DNA from: Planctomycetota bacterium
GTDB taxonomy: Bacteria > Planctomycetota > UBA1135 > UBA2386
Length of the DNA stretch: 64,000 nucleotides
Assembly: GCA_041178545.1 (NCBI GenBank)
Contig: JBEGVB010000052.1
Coordinates: 37,850 to 101,849 of the forward strand
Direction: 5' to 3'
Shown here: piece by piece, positions 25,409 through 35,870 of the stretch
Numbering within the stretch: the first letter of the stretch is position 1
Layout of the letters: every line of letters starts with the position of its first letter
Program-made: the position numbers and the translations under genes
The notes under the pieces: model-generated
The model's database searches: none
What the model was told of the DNA's origin: nothing
The model's input: only the letters and a program-made list of their open reading frames with translations

Positions 25409-27924
25409 GGCAGGTACCACTCGCCGTCGCGCGTGCTGCTGCCGCCGCAGCGCTGCTCGCCCTCGCAGCCACTGCGCAGGACCCGCTGCCCAGCCAGCCA
25501 CCATCGCCCGAGTACGAGTTCGAGGCCGCCTACACGGAGGAACAGCCGCTCGGGGACCACCGCGAGACGCGTGTGACCGGCGGCTTCCGCTTCCGTTGGC
25601 CGCGACTCGGCCTGCTGGTGCAGGGCCAGTCGGCACTCTTGCTGGTCGACCGCGACGACGTGGACCCGCTCTTCGCCACTGGTCGCAGTGCTTCGGGGCT
25701 GCCCACCCGCGGCAGCTCGATGCCGCGCGACAACCGCACACCGGACGTGCAGGTGGTGCGCGAGCGCATGGCCCGGTTCCTTAAGGCCACGGGCTCGCAA
25801 GCACAACCACCTGCGCTGCAGGACGGACAGCTGGCGCGGATGCCACGGCTCTTCTACTTCGAGGGCAACGTGGTCGCCGTCCGCGACGGCGTCGAGATCG
25901 CGCGCGCCGAGCGCATGTGGATCTCCCCGCTGGAGGACCGCATCGTCGTCGAGAACGCCGAGCTGCGCTACGTCACGACGGATGCGCAGGGCGGCGAACG
26001 CGTGGTCACCGTGCGCGGCAAGCGGTTGGTCAAGGAAGGGGCGCGCTGGACCGGACGCGACCTGAGCGTGAGTTCGTGCAGTGCCGGCGAGCCGCACGTC
26101 GAGCTGCTCACCGGCGAGGCCGAGATCCGCGAGGGCGACGGCGAGTTCGAGATCTACGCGCGCGGCAACTGGCTGCGCTTCGGCGGCAAGCGGGTCGTGC
26201 CGCTGCCCAACGCAAGCTTCTTCACCGGGTCGCAGGACGAGTTGCCGCTCCGCGGCGCGTCTGCCGGCTACTCCTCGAAGGAGGGTGCCAAGGTCGAGCT
26301 GGAGCTTGGCGGTTCCTTCAACGCCGCTGGCGGTGCGGTGCACGAGTTGGTCACCGGGCGCGACGCCAAGGAGTTCCGCGGCGACTGGAACCTGCGTGCG
26401 GGCTGGATCGAGAAGCGCGGCGCGCCGCTCGACGGCGCCCTCAGCTACGGGGCCAAGGACCTGTACTCGGGCCGCACGAACGGGTTCTGGATGAACGACG
26501 ACGGTCCCAACCGTCGCGAGATCGTCGAGAACCTCGACGGGTCCACGATCGACGACGTGAACCGCAAGCTCTTGCGCACCGAGAACCGCGTCCACCTGGG
26601 GGACGGCACCCACGTCGACCTCACGGTGTTCGACTCGTCGGACGCGGCAGTCTGGTCCGAGTGGTACGGCGGCGAGTACCGCACCGAGGAACTGCCCGAG
26701 TCCTCCGTCTACCTGCACAGCCGCGAGGACAACCGCCTGCTCACGGTCAACGGCCGCTGGAACCTGGACGAGTACAGCTACGGCTCCAACCGCGCGCTCG
26801 CCGACCGGTTCCTAGAGGAGCGTCCGGTCGCGACCTTCCAGCTGCTGTCGCAGAAGGTCGCCAGCACGCCGTGGGACACGCCCATCGTGCTCGACGCGAA
26901 GAGCGGGATCGGTTCGCGCCGGTACGCGTACGACCCCCTCTCGCCTGCATCGCTCGGTGCCAGCGACGAGCAGACGACTCGCTTCGACCAGGCGCTCGAG
27001 CTTTCGGCACCGTTCCACGCTGGCCCCGTGACCCTGCGCCCGTTCGCGCGCACCCAGGTCGCGCTCTACGACGACCTGGCCCCGGGTGTCGACGACGCAT
27101 CCGACCACCGCAGTGCCTTCAGCGCCGGCATCGGCGCGGGCACGCGTTTCTCACGCACGTGGTCGTGGCTGGACGCGGACGGCAAGGAACAGTCGGTGCG
27201 CCACGTGGTCGCGCCGCTGGTGACGCTGGAGAACGAGTTCGCCACCACGGGCGACCCCATCGACTACGCACAGTTCGACGAGATCGACGCGATGGAGGAC
27301 CGCGCGCTGCTGCGCGTGGGCGTGCGCAACCTGCTGGAGCGCCGCGAGACCAAGGCCAAGCAGGTGCACGGCGAGGACTTCGTCTTCCTCGACCTCACCC
27401 AGAACGTGTTCCCGTACAAGGACCGCGACAACGACGGCGAGCAGCTGGGCCTCTTCGAGTACGAGTTCTTGGTGCGGCCGCGCGCCTACTGGATCCCCTA
27501 CGAGACGTTTGCCTACGCCATCGAGGGCGAACAGGACTGGGAGACGGGGATGCGGACCTTCAACACCGAGCTGCGTGTCGGTCGCATCGCAGGCCTGACG
27601 TGGACCGCGGACTACCGCACCGACGAGGTCGTCGACGGTGCGGTGGGGCTCGGCGCCTCGGCCATCACCATGGAGCGCTGGCAGCTCTTCGGCGGCGGCC
27701 AGTACGACCTGGAGGGCGACGAGTTCCGGTCGTGGACGTTCGGCATGGACCGCCTCGACCACGACTGGACCATCCGCAGCGTGCTGGAGTACCAGCCCTA
27801 CTCGGACGAGGTGGTGTTCTCCGTCGAGTTCCTGCCGCGCCTCTTCGGCGGCAGCCGCAGCCGCCAACGCGACCCGCTGCGCTCGTTGCGCTACTTCAGC
27901 GGGTCGACGGCTGCGGACTACTGA
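25405..27924 (+). CDS. lptD: LPS-assembly outer-membrane protein LptD/OstA-like
   Basis: GTG 25405 overlaps the upstream stop (GTGA). Signal peptide VRQVPLAVARAAAAAALLALAATAQD. OstA-like N-terminal domain FYFEGNVVAVRDGVEIARAERMWISP. The segment SCSAGEPHVELLTGEAEI...RFGGKRVVPLPNASFF resembles the conserved LptD core. Long beta-rich C-terminus. Confidence 0.6.
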   Translation: MRQVPLAVARAAAAAALLALAATAQDPLPSQPPSPEYEFEAAYTEEQPLGDHRETRVTGGFRFRWPRLGLLVQGQSALLLVDRDDVDPLFATGRSASGLPTRGSSMPRDNRTPDVQVVRERMARFLKATGSQAQPPALQDGQLARMPRLFYFEGNVVAVRDGVEIARAERMWISPLEDRIVVENAELRYVTTDAQGGERVVTVRGKRLVKEGARWTGRDLSVSSCSAGEPHVELLTGEAEIREGDGEFEIYARGNWLRFGGKRVVPLPNASFFTGSQDELPLRGASAGYSSKEGAKVELELGGSFNAAGGAVHELVTGRDAKEFRGDWNLRAGWIEKRGAPLDGALSYGAKDLYSGRTNGFWMNDDGPNRREIVENLDGSTIDDVNRKLLRTENRVHLGDGTHVDLTVFDSSDAAVWSEWYGGEYRTEELPESSVYLHSREDNRLLTVNGRWNLDEYSYGSNRALADRFLEERPVATFQLLSQKVASTPWDTPIVLDAKSGIGSRRYAYDPLSPASLGASDEQTTRFDQALELSAPFHAGPVTLRPFARTQVALYDDLAPGVDDASDHRSAFSAGIGAGTRFSRTWSWLDADGKEQSVRHVVAPLVTLENEFATTGDPIDYAQFDEIDAMEDRALLRVGVRNLLERRETKAKQVHGEDFVFLDLTQNVFPYKDRDNDGEQLGLFEYEFLVRPRAYWIPYETFAYAIEGEQDWETGMRTFNTELRVGRIAGLTWTADYRTDEVVDGAVGLGASAITMERWQLFGGGQYDLEGDEFRSWTFGMDRLDHDWTIRSVLEYQPYSDEVVFSVEFLPRLFGGSRSRQRDPLRSLRYFSGSTAADY

Positions 27925-27945
27925 GTCCGCGGCTCCCCGGGCCGC

Positions 27946-29037
27946 TCAGAACTTCCAGCCAACCGAGAAGTTGACCAGGTGGTCCGAGCGGTCCTTGCCG
28001 GGTGCCGGCGTGTTGTCGTAGTCCCAGGTCCAGCTCAGCTGCCCGATCATGTCGCCCCACAGCTTGGTCTGCAGGCGCGTGTCCATGCGGAAGTAGACGT
28101 TCTCGGAGTCCTCCGTGCTGGGGAACGCTTCCGTCGAGTGGATGACCTTGGTGTCCTCGCTGAGGTTGTGGTCGATGCGGTAGGCACCGCGTGCCGCGAG
28201 GTAGTCGTCGGAGGGAATCGGGTCCGCAGGCGGCGGCGCGTCGCGGAAGTCCTCGTAGAAGTACGAGAGACCGCCTTCGAGCCCGACCTTGGTCTCCTTG
28301 GTCTCCACCAGCTGGTAACCGGCACCCACACCGGCCGTCCAGCGCAGGTCGAGGTCGGCGCGGAAGTCGTTGAGCACGCGGGTCGTGCCCAGCACGTAGT
28401 ACCGCTTGCCGACGAACAGGTCGTACTTGAGACCACCACCGGTGCGGCGCTGACTGAGGTTCCAGTCCTTGCCGGTCGTAGTCTCGATCTTGTCCTCGCC
28501 GTAGTCCCAGCTGGCGTCGACCGTGATGCGGTCGTCGGCCGAACGGCGCACGGCCTCGAAGTTGGCGGCGGCGGTGCGGCGGTCGGTGTTGCCTGCCGAG
28601 TAGCTGCCGCCAAGGGTGAACGAGCCGGTCCAGGTGGCGGGCGGGTCGGTCGGCGGGTTGATCTTGTCGAGGCTGGCGAGGGCCAGGGTGGGGACGTTCG
28701 GGTCCGTGGGGCCGGCACCTTCCAGCTTGAGGGCCCCGTTCTCGATGCCGGCGATGCGGCGCTTGAGCTGGGTACCGTCCGTCGCCAGCACCAAAACCGG
28801 CTCCGACGTCACCAGATTGGTGACCTTGGCCAGCTCCACGGTGACGTCACCGAGGGCCGGGTTGCCGATGACCAGCTTGCCGTCCGCCAGTGACTTCACC
28901 GTGCCGGTGAGCACGTCGCCGTTGCTGAGGGTGACCCGGTCCACCGGCTTCGGCGGGGCCGCGTCCTGAGCGAGGGCTGCCCCTGCAAAGCAGAGGGCTG
29001 CCGGAAGCACTTTCCACACTTTCCACAGGTTGCCCAT
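27946..29037 (-). CDS. DUF481-like outer-membrane beta-barrel protein
   Basis: ATG 29037 gives the signal peptide MGNLWKVWKVLPAALCFAGAALAQDA. N-terminal LSNGDVLTGTVKSLADGKLVI repeats, then a beta-barrel ending ...VNFSVGWKF, as in YdiY/DUF481 proteins. Confidence 0.7.
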   Translation of the reverse strand: MGNLWKVWKVLPAALCFAGAALAQDAAPPKPVDRVTLSNGDVLTGTVKSLADGKLVIGNPALGDVTVELAKVTNLVTSEPVLVLATDGTQLKRRIAGIENGALKLEGAGPTDPNVPTLALASLDKINPPTDPPATWTGSFTLGGSYSAGNTDRRTAAANFEAVRRSADDRITVDASWDYGEDKIETTTGKDWNLSQRRTGGGLKYDLFVGKRYYVLGTTRVLNDFRADLDLRWTAGVGAGYQLVETKETKVGLEGGLSYFYEDFRDAPPPADPIPSDDYLAARGAYRIDHNLSEDTKVIHSTEAFPSTEDSENVYFRMDTRLQTKLWGDMIGQLSWTWDYDNTPAPGKDRSDHLVNFSVGWKF

Positions 29038-29145
29038 GCCCCACAGAAAACGGGGAAGCGGCCATGGGAACAAGGCTTGGTGTGAGGATTTTTCCACACC
29101 GAAACCGACGCCCTGTTCGACCTCACAGGCGTCGGGCGGGGTGCC

Positions 29146-30744
<1,599 letters not shown>

Positions 30745-30864
30745 CGGGGGGAAAGAAGGTAGGGCGGCCCGGCGGGTGCGTCCAGACGGGGCGCTCGGTG
30801 AAGTTCCCGCAGGGGCACCAGCCGGGCAGAACAAAGCGCCCCCGGGTCGCTAGGATGGAACGCC

Positions 30865-31275
30865 ATGTCCGCGTCCCTCCTCGCCTTCCTGCCCAACACC
30901 AGCGGCGGTGAGTTGATCCTGCTGGTGTTCCTCGGGCTGCTGCTCTTCGGCCGGGACCTCCCTGCCGTCGGCCGCAAGGCGGGCCAGGTCATGGCCCAGT
31001 TCCGCCGTGGGTTGCAGGACTTCAAGGACCAGATGGACCGCGATGCCACGATCTCCGAGATGCGGCAGTCGGTGCGCGACGTGAAGCGTTCGCTCGACGC
31101 CCCGGGTGCGGTGGCCCGCGCGGTGAACCCGCGCACCATGCTCGAGAACCTCACCGACGAGACCCTCAGCTCGGAGCTGTCGGGACCGCTCGACCAGGTG
31201 CAGCACACCCTGCCGCCCGCTCCGCCTGCGCCTGCCGAGGCCGCCGAGCCACGCCGCGAAGCCGAACCGGCCTGA
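30865..31275 (+). CDS. Twin-arginine translocase TatA/TatB-family protein
   Basis: GELILLVFLGLLLFGRDLPAVGRKAGQVMAQFRRGL is the TM plus amphipathic-helix Tat signature. The 136-aa length is more TatB-like. Confidence 0.8.
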   Translation: MSASLLAFLPNTSGGELILLVFLGLLLFGRDLPAVGRKAGQVMAQFRRGLQDFKDQMDRDATISEMRQSVRDVKRSLDAPGAVARAVNPRTMLENLTDETLSSELSGPLDQVQHTLPPAPPAPAEAAEPRREAEPA

Positions 31276-31283
31276 GGTCCCTT

Positions 31284-31310
31284 CGCTCCCCTTGACGGAC
31301 AAGGGGAGCG
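31284..31310 (+). terminator. Perfect 11-bp stem hairpin (CGCTCCCCTTG-acgga-CAAGGGGAGCG) 9 nt after the tat stop; no U-tract
   Basis: Seen directly in the sequence. It could be an I-shaped terminator or an operator upstream of padR. Confidence 0.4.
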
Positions 31311-31361
31311 CGAGGCACACTCCCATCGAAGCGCATGGGGAGCACCTGTGCGCGGTGACCC

Positions 31362-31739
31362 ATGAGCATCCACCTCCCGTCCGAGGAAGCCGCACAGGTC
31401 CCCCCCGGGACGCTCGAGCTCCTGATCCTGCGCTGCGTGGCAGACGTGTCGATGCACGGCTGGGCCATCTCCCGCTCCATCAAGGATCGCACGCAGGGCA
31501 CGCTGCTGGTCGAGGAGGGTTCGCTCTACCCAGCGCTGCACCGCCTGCTGCGCCTGCGCCAGCTCTCGGCATCGTGGGGCACGAGCGAGAACAACCGCAA
31601 GGCGCGCTTCTACCGCATCACCTCGCGCGGCCAGGCGCGCCTCGCGCGCGACACCGCCCTGTGGGCAAGGGTCACCGCTGCGGTGGCCACGGCGCTCGAC
31701 GTGAGCCCGAACCCTTCGCCCATGCCGGGGGTCTCTTGA
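31362..31739 (+). CDS. PadR-family transcriptional regulator
   Basis: LELLILRCVADVSMHGWAISRSIKDRTQGTLLVEEGSLYPALHRLLRLRQLSASWGTSENNRKARFYRITSRG is a canonical PadR wHTH. Confidence 0.9.
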   Translation: MSIHLPSEEAAQVPPGTLELLILRCVADVSMHGWAISRSIKDRTQGTLLVEEGSLYPALHRLLRLRQLSASWGTSENNRKARFYRITSRGQARLARDTALWARVTAAVATALDVSPNPSPMPGVS

Positions 31740-32365
31740 GCCGCCGCACCGAGCAGGAGATCCGCGACGAACTCGAGGCGCACCTGCGCGAGAGCGAGGC
31801 GCGGTTGGTGCAGCAAGGCATGGACGCCGCTTCCGCGCGCAAGGAGGCATTGCGCAGGTTCGGGGATCCCGACCAGTGGGCCAGGAGGTGCGCCGACGAG
31901 GCGCCGGAGACCCGCATGAAGAACCGTTCTGCAGACATCGCACTGGGCCTCGGCATCGCCGTCGCAGGTTGGTTCCTCGCCGACGTGGCGACCATGGTGA
32001 GCAAGGCTGGTCTCGTGCCGCTCGGTGCCATCCCGCTCGCACACCTGGCAGTGGGCATTCCCCTGTGTGTCACGGCCGGCATCCTTGCACAGCGTACGCG
32101 CTTCCACACCGCCCGGGCACTCTACGTGCTCGGCGGCATCTTCGCGTTCTGGGTCGCGCTGGCAGTCGGCACCATGACGTACTTCGACGTGTGGCAGGCG
32201 ATGCCGGAGCCGCCGGAAGAGGCGTATGCCGACGGTGCCGCCCTCACGGGCACCTTGATCGCCGGGTGGCTGCCGGGTGCATTCCTGCTCGGCTTCACCT
32301 ACCTCGCGACCTGGATCGTGCAACGGTTCCGCGCACGCGGCACGAGTACGCCTACTTCTTCTTGA
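31736..32365 (+). CDS. PadR-associated membrane protein (helical cytoplasmic N-terminus plus 4 predicted TM segments)
   Basis: TTG 31736 overlaps the padR stop (TTGA), within track ORF 31292..32365. LSRRTEQEIRDELEAHLRESEARLVQQGMD... resembles the permease-prefix domain commonly encoded after padR. Confidence 0.6.
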   Translation: MSRRTEQEIRDELEAHLRESEARLVQQGMDAASARKEALRRFGDPDQWARRCADEAPETRMKNRSADIALGLGIAVAGWFLADVATMVSKAGLVPLGAIPLAHLAVGIPLCVTAGILAQRTRFHTARALYVLGGIFAFWVALAVGTMTYFDVWQAMPEPPEEAYADGAALTGTLIAGWLPGAFLLGFTYLATWIVQRFRARGTSTPTSS

Positions 32366-32933
32366 GGTTGCTCTGGATGGCCTCTTCGCCCGCGTCGAAG
32401 ACGCTCATCCAGTCGCCAGCGGCCTTGCCGTTCTTGCCCAGAGCAGCGTCCTCACGCTTCTTCTTGAGCTCATCGTAGAACTTCGGGAACTCACGGAAGT
32501 GCTCGGTGAGCACCTTCTTGTTCTCCGACAGCAACCCGACGTAGGGGAAGATCTCCAGCCCGCTCTCGCGTTGGATGCGGCTCAGCACGTCGAACGGCGT
32601 GAGGATCGGCATGACGAGCGTGAGCACGCCATCGAAGACCTGGAGCGGCACGATCAGGTTCTCGAACAAGGTCTCCTTGGGCAGGAGGTTCTTGATCTCG
32701 TCGTCGAGAGAATGACTGCCGGCCATCAGGAAGGGCAGCTGGAAGACCTCGGTGACGATCTTGGCCAGGTCCCACTCGGTGATGTGCCCGCCGTCGAGGA
32801 TGGCGTGGGTGAACGGCTCCCCCGTCTGCTCCTGCGCGTAGAGCGAGTCGGTGATGGCCTCGGCAGGAATCGCCCCCTTCTGGGAGAGGACTTCCGCGAG
32901 CCGTACCGACGTGAGCTTCTCGAGGCCTTTCAC
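32352..32933 (-). CDS. Stand-alone GspE-N/MshEN-like domain protein (possible c-di-GMP receptor)
   Basis: RLAEVLSQKGAIPAEAITDSLYAQ, a 5-residue spacer, then PFTHAILDGGHITEWDLAKIVTEV. These match the tandem MshEN motif RLGxx(L/V/I)(L/V/I)xxG(L/V/I)(L/V/I)xxxxLxxxLxxQ at most conserved positions. No ATPase domain follows. Confidence 0.6.
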   Translation of the reverse strand: MKGLEKLTSVRLAEVLSQKGAIPAEAITDSLYAQEQTGEPFTHAILDGGHITEWDLAKIVTEVFQLPFLMAGSHSLDDEIKNLLPKETLFENLIVPLQVFDGVLTLVMPILTPFDVLSRIQRESGLEIFPYVGLLSENKKVLTEHFREFPKFYDELKKKREDAALGKNGKAAGDWMSVFDAGEEAIQSNLKKK

Positions 32934-33002
32934 CTCCGGTCTTTCGGCGGTGGCATCGGTCGTTCTTGAGCCATTCGTGCGGCCGACCGGGGGCTGCGAC
33001 CC

Positions 33003-34325
33003 TCAGCGGGGCTGCAGCTCCAGTGCGACCTCGGCCGGGAAGGCCAGCCGGGGGTCACCTCGTTCCACCAGGGTGCGGACCAGGGTGGCAAGGGTGCGTC
33101 GGGCGCGCACCAGCTCGCGGGTCTTGCCGTTGACCACGACTTCCAGGGGTTGGTCGAGGTCCACCATGCCATCGGCAAGACGGACGCGCACCGTGCCCTT
33201 CTCGGCCGGCACCCGGCCGGACCCGTCGGCGCCGTTGCGCCAGGCCTCCAGCTCGACCCGGTTGCCACGGATGCGGGCATCGAGGTGCAGGGGCTGGTCG
33301 GTGGGGACCTCGGGCAACTCGAGCCAGTACTGCTGGAGCGCGACACGGGTGTGGAAGGGGCGGACCACCCAGCACACGCGGTCCGGGTGCGGGTTGCGCA
33401 CCTTGGTGGCAAGCCACTCCGGGCCGGGGCGGTAGTCGATGCCGTGCCCTCGGCCTGGCTGCACGGCAAGGACGTGGTCGAACCCGCCGCGGTCCGCCTC
33501 GTGCAGCTTCGCCAGTTGGTCCCCCATGCGGCGGGCGAGCCCCACGCGGTCGAACATCGTGTCGCGTTCGCCAATGTCGATGCGCACGGCGACGTTGCGC
33601 ATGTTCTCGACGGGCGAGGTGTCGAGCGGCTCGGCAGCGGCCATGCCGTTGCAGGCGGCAAAACGGTCGGGTCGGTTCCCTGCGAAACGAATCGCACCGT
33701 AGCCGCCCTCACTGATGCCCAGCAGGTAGACGCGGTCTGGGTCGACGTCGTGGAACAGGATGGCCTGCCGCACCACGTCCTCGAACGCCTCCTGGTTGTG
33801 GTCGAACCACCAGCGCCCCTGCCGGTCGTCGGCCATGCGGGGAACGAAGTAGAGCCCGGGCGAGGGGTACAACTTCTCGACGAGGCGTTGCTGCGCCTTC
33901 CACTCGCCCGTGTTCACCGACCACTCGTGCGGGCCGGTGGCCTTGTCGTTGCCGCCGCCACCGTGCAGGCAGACATAGAGCGGCCATCCGCCCGCCGGCC
34001 GGTCGCCCTTGGTGCGCAGCACGTAGGGGAAGGTGAAGGTGCCGACCGTCAGCATGCCGGGATCCTCGGCACCGGCGAGGCGGAGCGTCGCGTCGCCGGA
34101 GGCGCGCACGCCCTCGCGCAGTGCCTCGAGCAGCTGCGGCAGGAACTGCACGACCTGCCCCTTGGTGAGGGTGACGGAGGCACCGGGCGCGGGCTCCTTC
34201 CATGCAGCAGGCGCGGAGAGCCATGCTCGGGCTGCGGCCAGCGGATCCACTTCCTGCTGGGCACGCAGGCCTGCGAGCAGCAACACCGTGGGAAGCAGCA
34301 TCCGCGCGACGGGGTGTGGCGTCAT
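33003..34325 (-). CDS. Secreted alpha/beta-hydrolase (esterase/lipase-type, GxSxG)
   Basis: Signal peptide MTPHPVARMLLPTVLLLAGLRAQQ. PLYVCLHGGGG oxyanion-type motif. Nucleophile elbow LLGISEGGYG. Confidence 0.7.
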   Translation of the reverse strand: MTPHPVARMLLPTVLLLAGLRAQQEVDPLAAARAWLSAPAAWKEPAPGASVTLTKGQVVQFLPQLLEALREGVRASGDATLRLAGAEDPGMLTVGTFTFPYVLRTKGDRPAGGWPLYVCLHGGGGNDKATGPHEWSVNTGEWKAQQRLVEKLYPSPGLYFVPRMADDRQGRWWFDHNQEAFEDVVRQAILFHDVDPDRVYLLGISEGGYGAIRFAGNRPDRFAACNGMAAAEPLDTSPVENMRNVAVRIDIGERDTMFDRVGLARRMGDQLAKLHEADRGGFDHVLAVQPGRGHGIDYRPGPEWLATKVRNPHPDRVCWVVRPFHTRVALQQYWLELPEVPTDQPLHLDARIRGNRVELEAWRNGADGSGRVPAEKGTVRVRLADGMVDLDQPLEVVVNGKTRELVRARRTLATLVRTLVERGDPRLAFPAEVALELQPR

Positions 34326-34364
34326 GCCCGCATCGAACCCGCCGCGTGCCCGGGGGAACAGGGC

Positions 34365-35870
34365 TCAGTACCGGAGGGTTGCGATGCCGTGCACGAGCAG
34401 CACCAGGCCCATGCCGGTCACGATGGCCGCATTGACCGCATCGCCGACCGAACGCGTCGACGGCTTTGGCCCGCTCGCGAGGAACCAGGTCGAGACGGCA
34501 ACGAGCCAGCCCGAGACCAGCGAGGTGGCCAGCACGGCCTGCAGGTCGGAACCGGCGAGCTGCGAGGTGAAGTGCCGGATCCATCCCTCGAACGAGAGGC
34601 CCAGGGCGAGCCGGGCCGCGAACCAAGCAGCAAGCGAACCGCTCACCAGGGCCACTCCGGTCACGACGGGGAGGGCTGCGGTCATGCCCCAGACCATCGG
34701 CACCAACAACCGGTCGGCAGGGTGGAGACCGAGCACGCGCAGCGCGTCGACCTGCCGGGTGCGCACCATCGCGCCAAGGCGGGCTGCGTTGCCTGCTGCC
34801 ATGCGGGCGACGAAGAACAGCCCCGCGAGCAACGGCAGGAGGACGGCAACCAGCACCTTGCCGGTGCCGCCGAGGACCGCACCGGAAAAGGCGCCCTCGA
34901 CCGGGTTGTTGCGCAGCGCGAACCAGGCGGCGAGTCCACCCACCACCGCGCCGCCGAGGGCCGTGAAGGGAGCCGCGGCCAACGCGTGCTGTGCCACCGA
35001 ACGCAGGGCAAGGCCTGGTTCTCGCGGTGCGATGCGGAACAGACTGTCCTGGACGGCCTCGAGCAGTGCCGCGCACTGGAGCAGCAGGTTGCGGCCGTGC
35101 TGCAGCGCGTCGTCGGGAGGTTCCGTCGGTGCTGCTGTGCGAGGCGCTGCAGCCCGAGTGGGAAGCGCTGCGCCGGGCGGCAGCAGCTCGAGACTGCGAC
35201 GGTTGCCGTCGAGCCAGAGCGTTCCGTCGTGGAGGCCCGCGAAGGCATCGTGGTCGTGGGTCACCACCAGTGTGCTGCACCCAGCCCTGCGGTCGTGCGC
35301 GTCGCGCAGCAGTTGGGCCACCGACCGTGCCGCCGTGGGGTCGAGTCCGGACGTGGGCTCGTCGCACAACAGCACCTCGGGCTCCGTGGCGAGCGCGCGG
35401 GCCACGGCAAGGCGCTTGCGCATGCCGCCGGAGAGCACGTCGCATGAGGGCGGAACAGGGTCGAGCCCGGCCTGGGCCAGGAAACCGACCGCCAGCTGCG
35501 CCGACCTGCCTGCGGTGCGCAGGGCCAGCTCCACGTTCTGGCGCGGCGTGAGTTCGTCGAACAGTCCTTCGTCCTGCAGCACCGCGGCAACCCTGCTGCG
35601 CAGGGCATGCGGATACGGCCCTGCGAGGTCGGCACCGAGCAACTGGATGCGGCCCTCGACCCTTGGCTCGACCTCGCGCGCCTCGACGAGCCCGGCAAGG
35701 AGCCGCAGCAGCGACGACTTGCCGCCGCCACTGGTGCCGCAGAGCAGGAAGAAACCTCCACGGGGCAGGGTGAGGGTGACGTCGCGGAGCAGGTGGGGTC
35801 CGCTGGAGCCACTGCGGTGCGCGAGGCCGAAACCGCGCAGGGCGAGGAACGGCTCGACGGGTGCGTTCAC
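34365..35870 (-). CDS. Fused ABC ATPase and MlaE-like permease (MlaF-MlaE fusion)
   Basis: N-terminal Walker A CGTSGGGKSS, signature LSGGMRKRLAVARAL and Walker B LLCDEPTSGLD. The C-terminal half has about 5 TM segments with ARMAAGNAARLGAMVRTRQVDALRVLG, typical of MlaE/YrbE permeases. Confidence 0.75.
   Translation of the reverse strand: MNAPVEPFLALRGFGLAHRSGSSGPHLLRDVTLTLPRGGFFLLCGTSGGGKSSLLRLLAGLVEAREVEPRVEGRIQLLGADLAGPYPHALRSRVAAVLQDEGLFDELTPRQNVELALRTAGRSAQLAVGFLAQAGLDPVPPSCDVLSGGMRKRLAVARALATEPEVLLCDEPTSGLDPTAARSVAQLLRDAHDRRAGCSTLVVTHDHDAFAGLHDGTLWLDGNRRSLELLPPGAALPTRAAAPRTAAPTEPPDDALQHGRNLLLQCAALLEAVQDSLFRIAPREPGLALRSVAQHALAAAPFTALGGAVVGGLAAWFALRNNPVEGAFSGAVLGGTGKVLVAVLLPLLAGLFFVARMAAGNAARLGAMVRTRQVDALRVLGLHPADRLLVPMVWGMTAALPVVTGVALVSGSLAAWFAARLALGLSFEGWIRHFTSQLAGSDLQAVLATSLVSGWLVAVSTWFLASGPKPSTRSVGDAVNAAIVTGMGLVLLVHGIATLRY

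Noticed and set aside
22379-25741. 1120-aa minus-strand ORF antisense to the large OstA-like gene. Similar long antisense ORFs occur at 801..2756, 4593..6584, 8330..9415, 33150..35447, 33709..36561 and 55662..57929.
   Set aside because: These are Arg/Ala/Gly/Pro-rich low-complexity translations with no family motifs. Each lies opposite a gene with clear homology-type motifs. They are typical stop-codon-poor antisense frames of high-GC DNA.
29010-29098. Three DnaA-box-like 9-mers (CTTTCCACA twice in tandem at 29010..29027, TTTTCCACA at 29090..29098) as a possible second origin or DnaA-regulated promoter
   Set aside because: The tandem pair is simply the antisense of the codons for WKVWKV in the DUF481 protein's signal peptide. 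The third is a lone 8/9 match. There is no AT-rich unwinding element or replication gene context. It is worth a glance in a DnaA ChIP dataset, but I do not call it.
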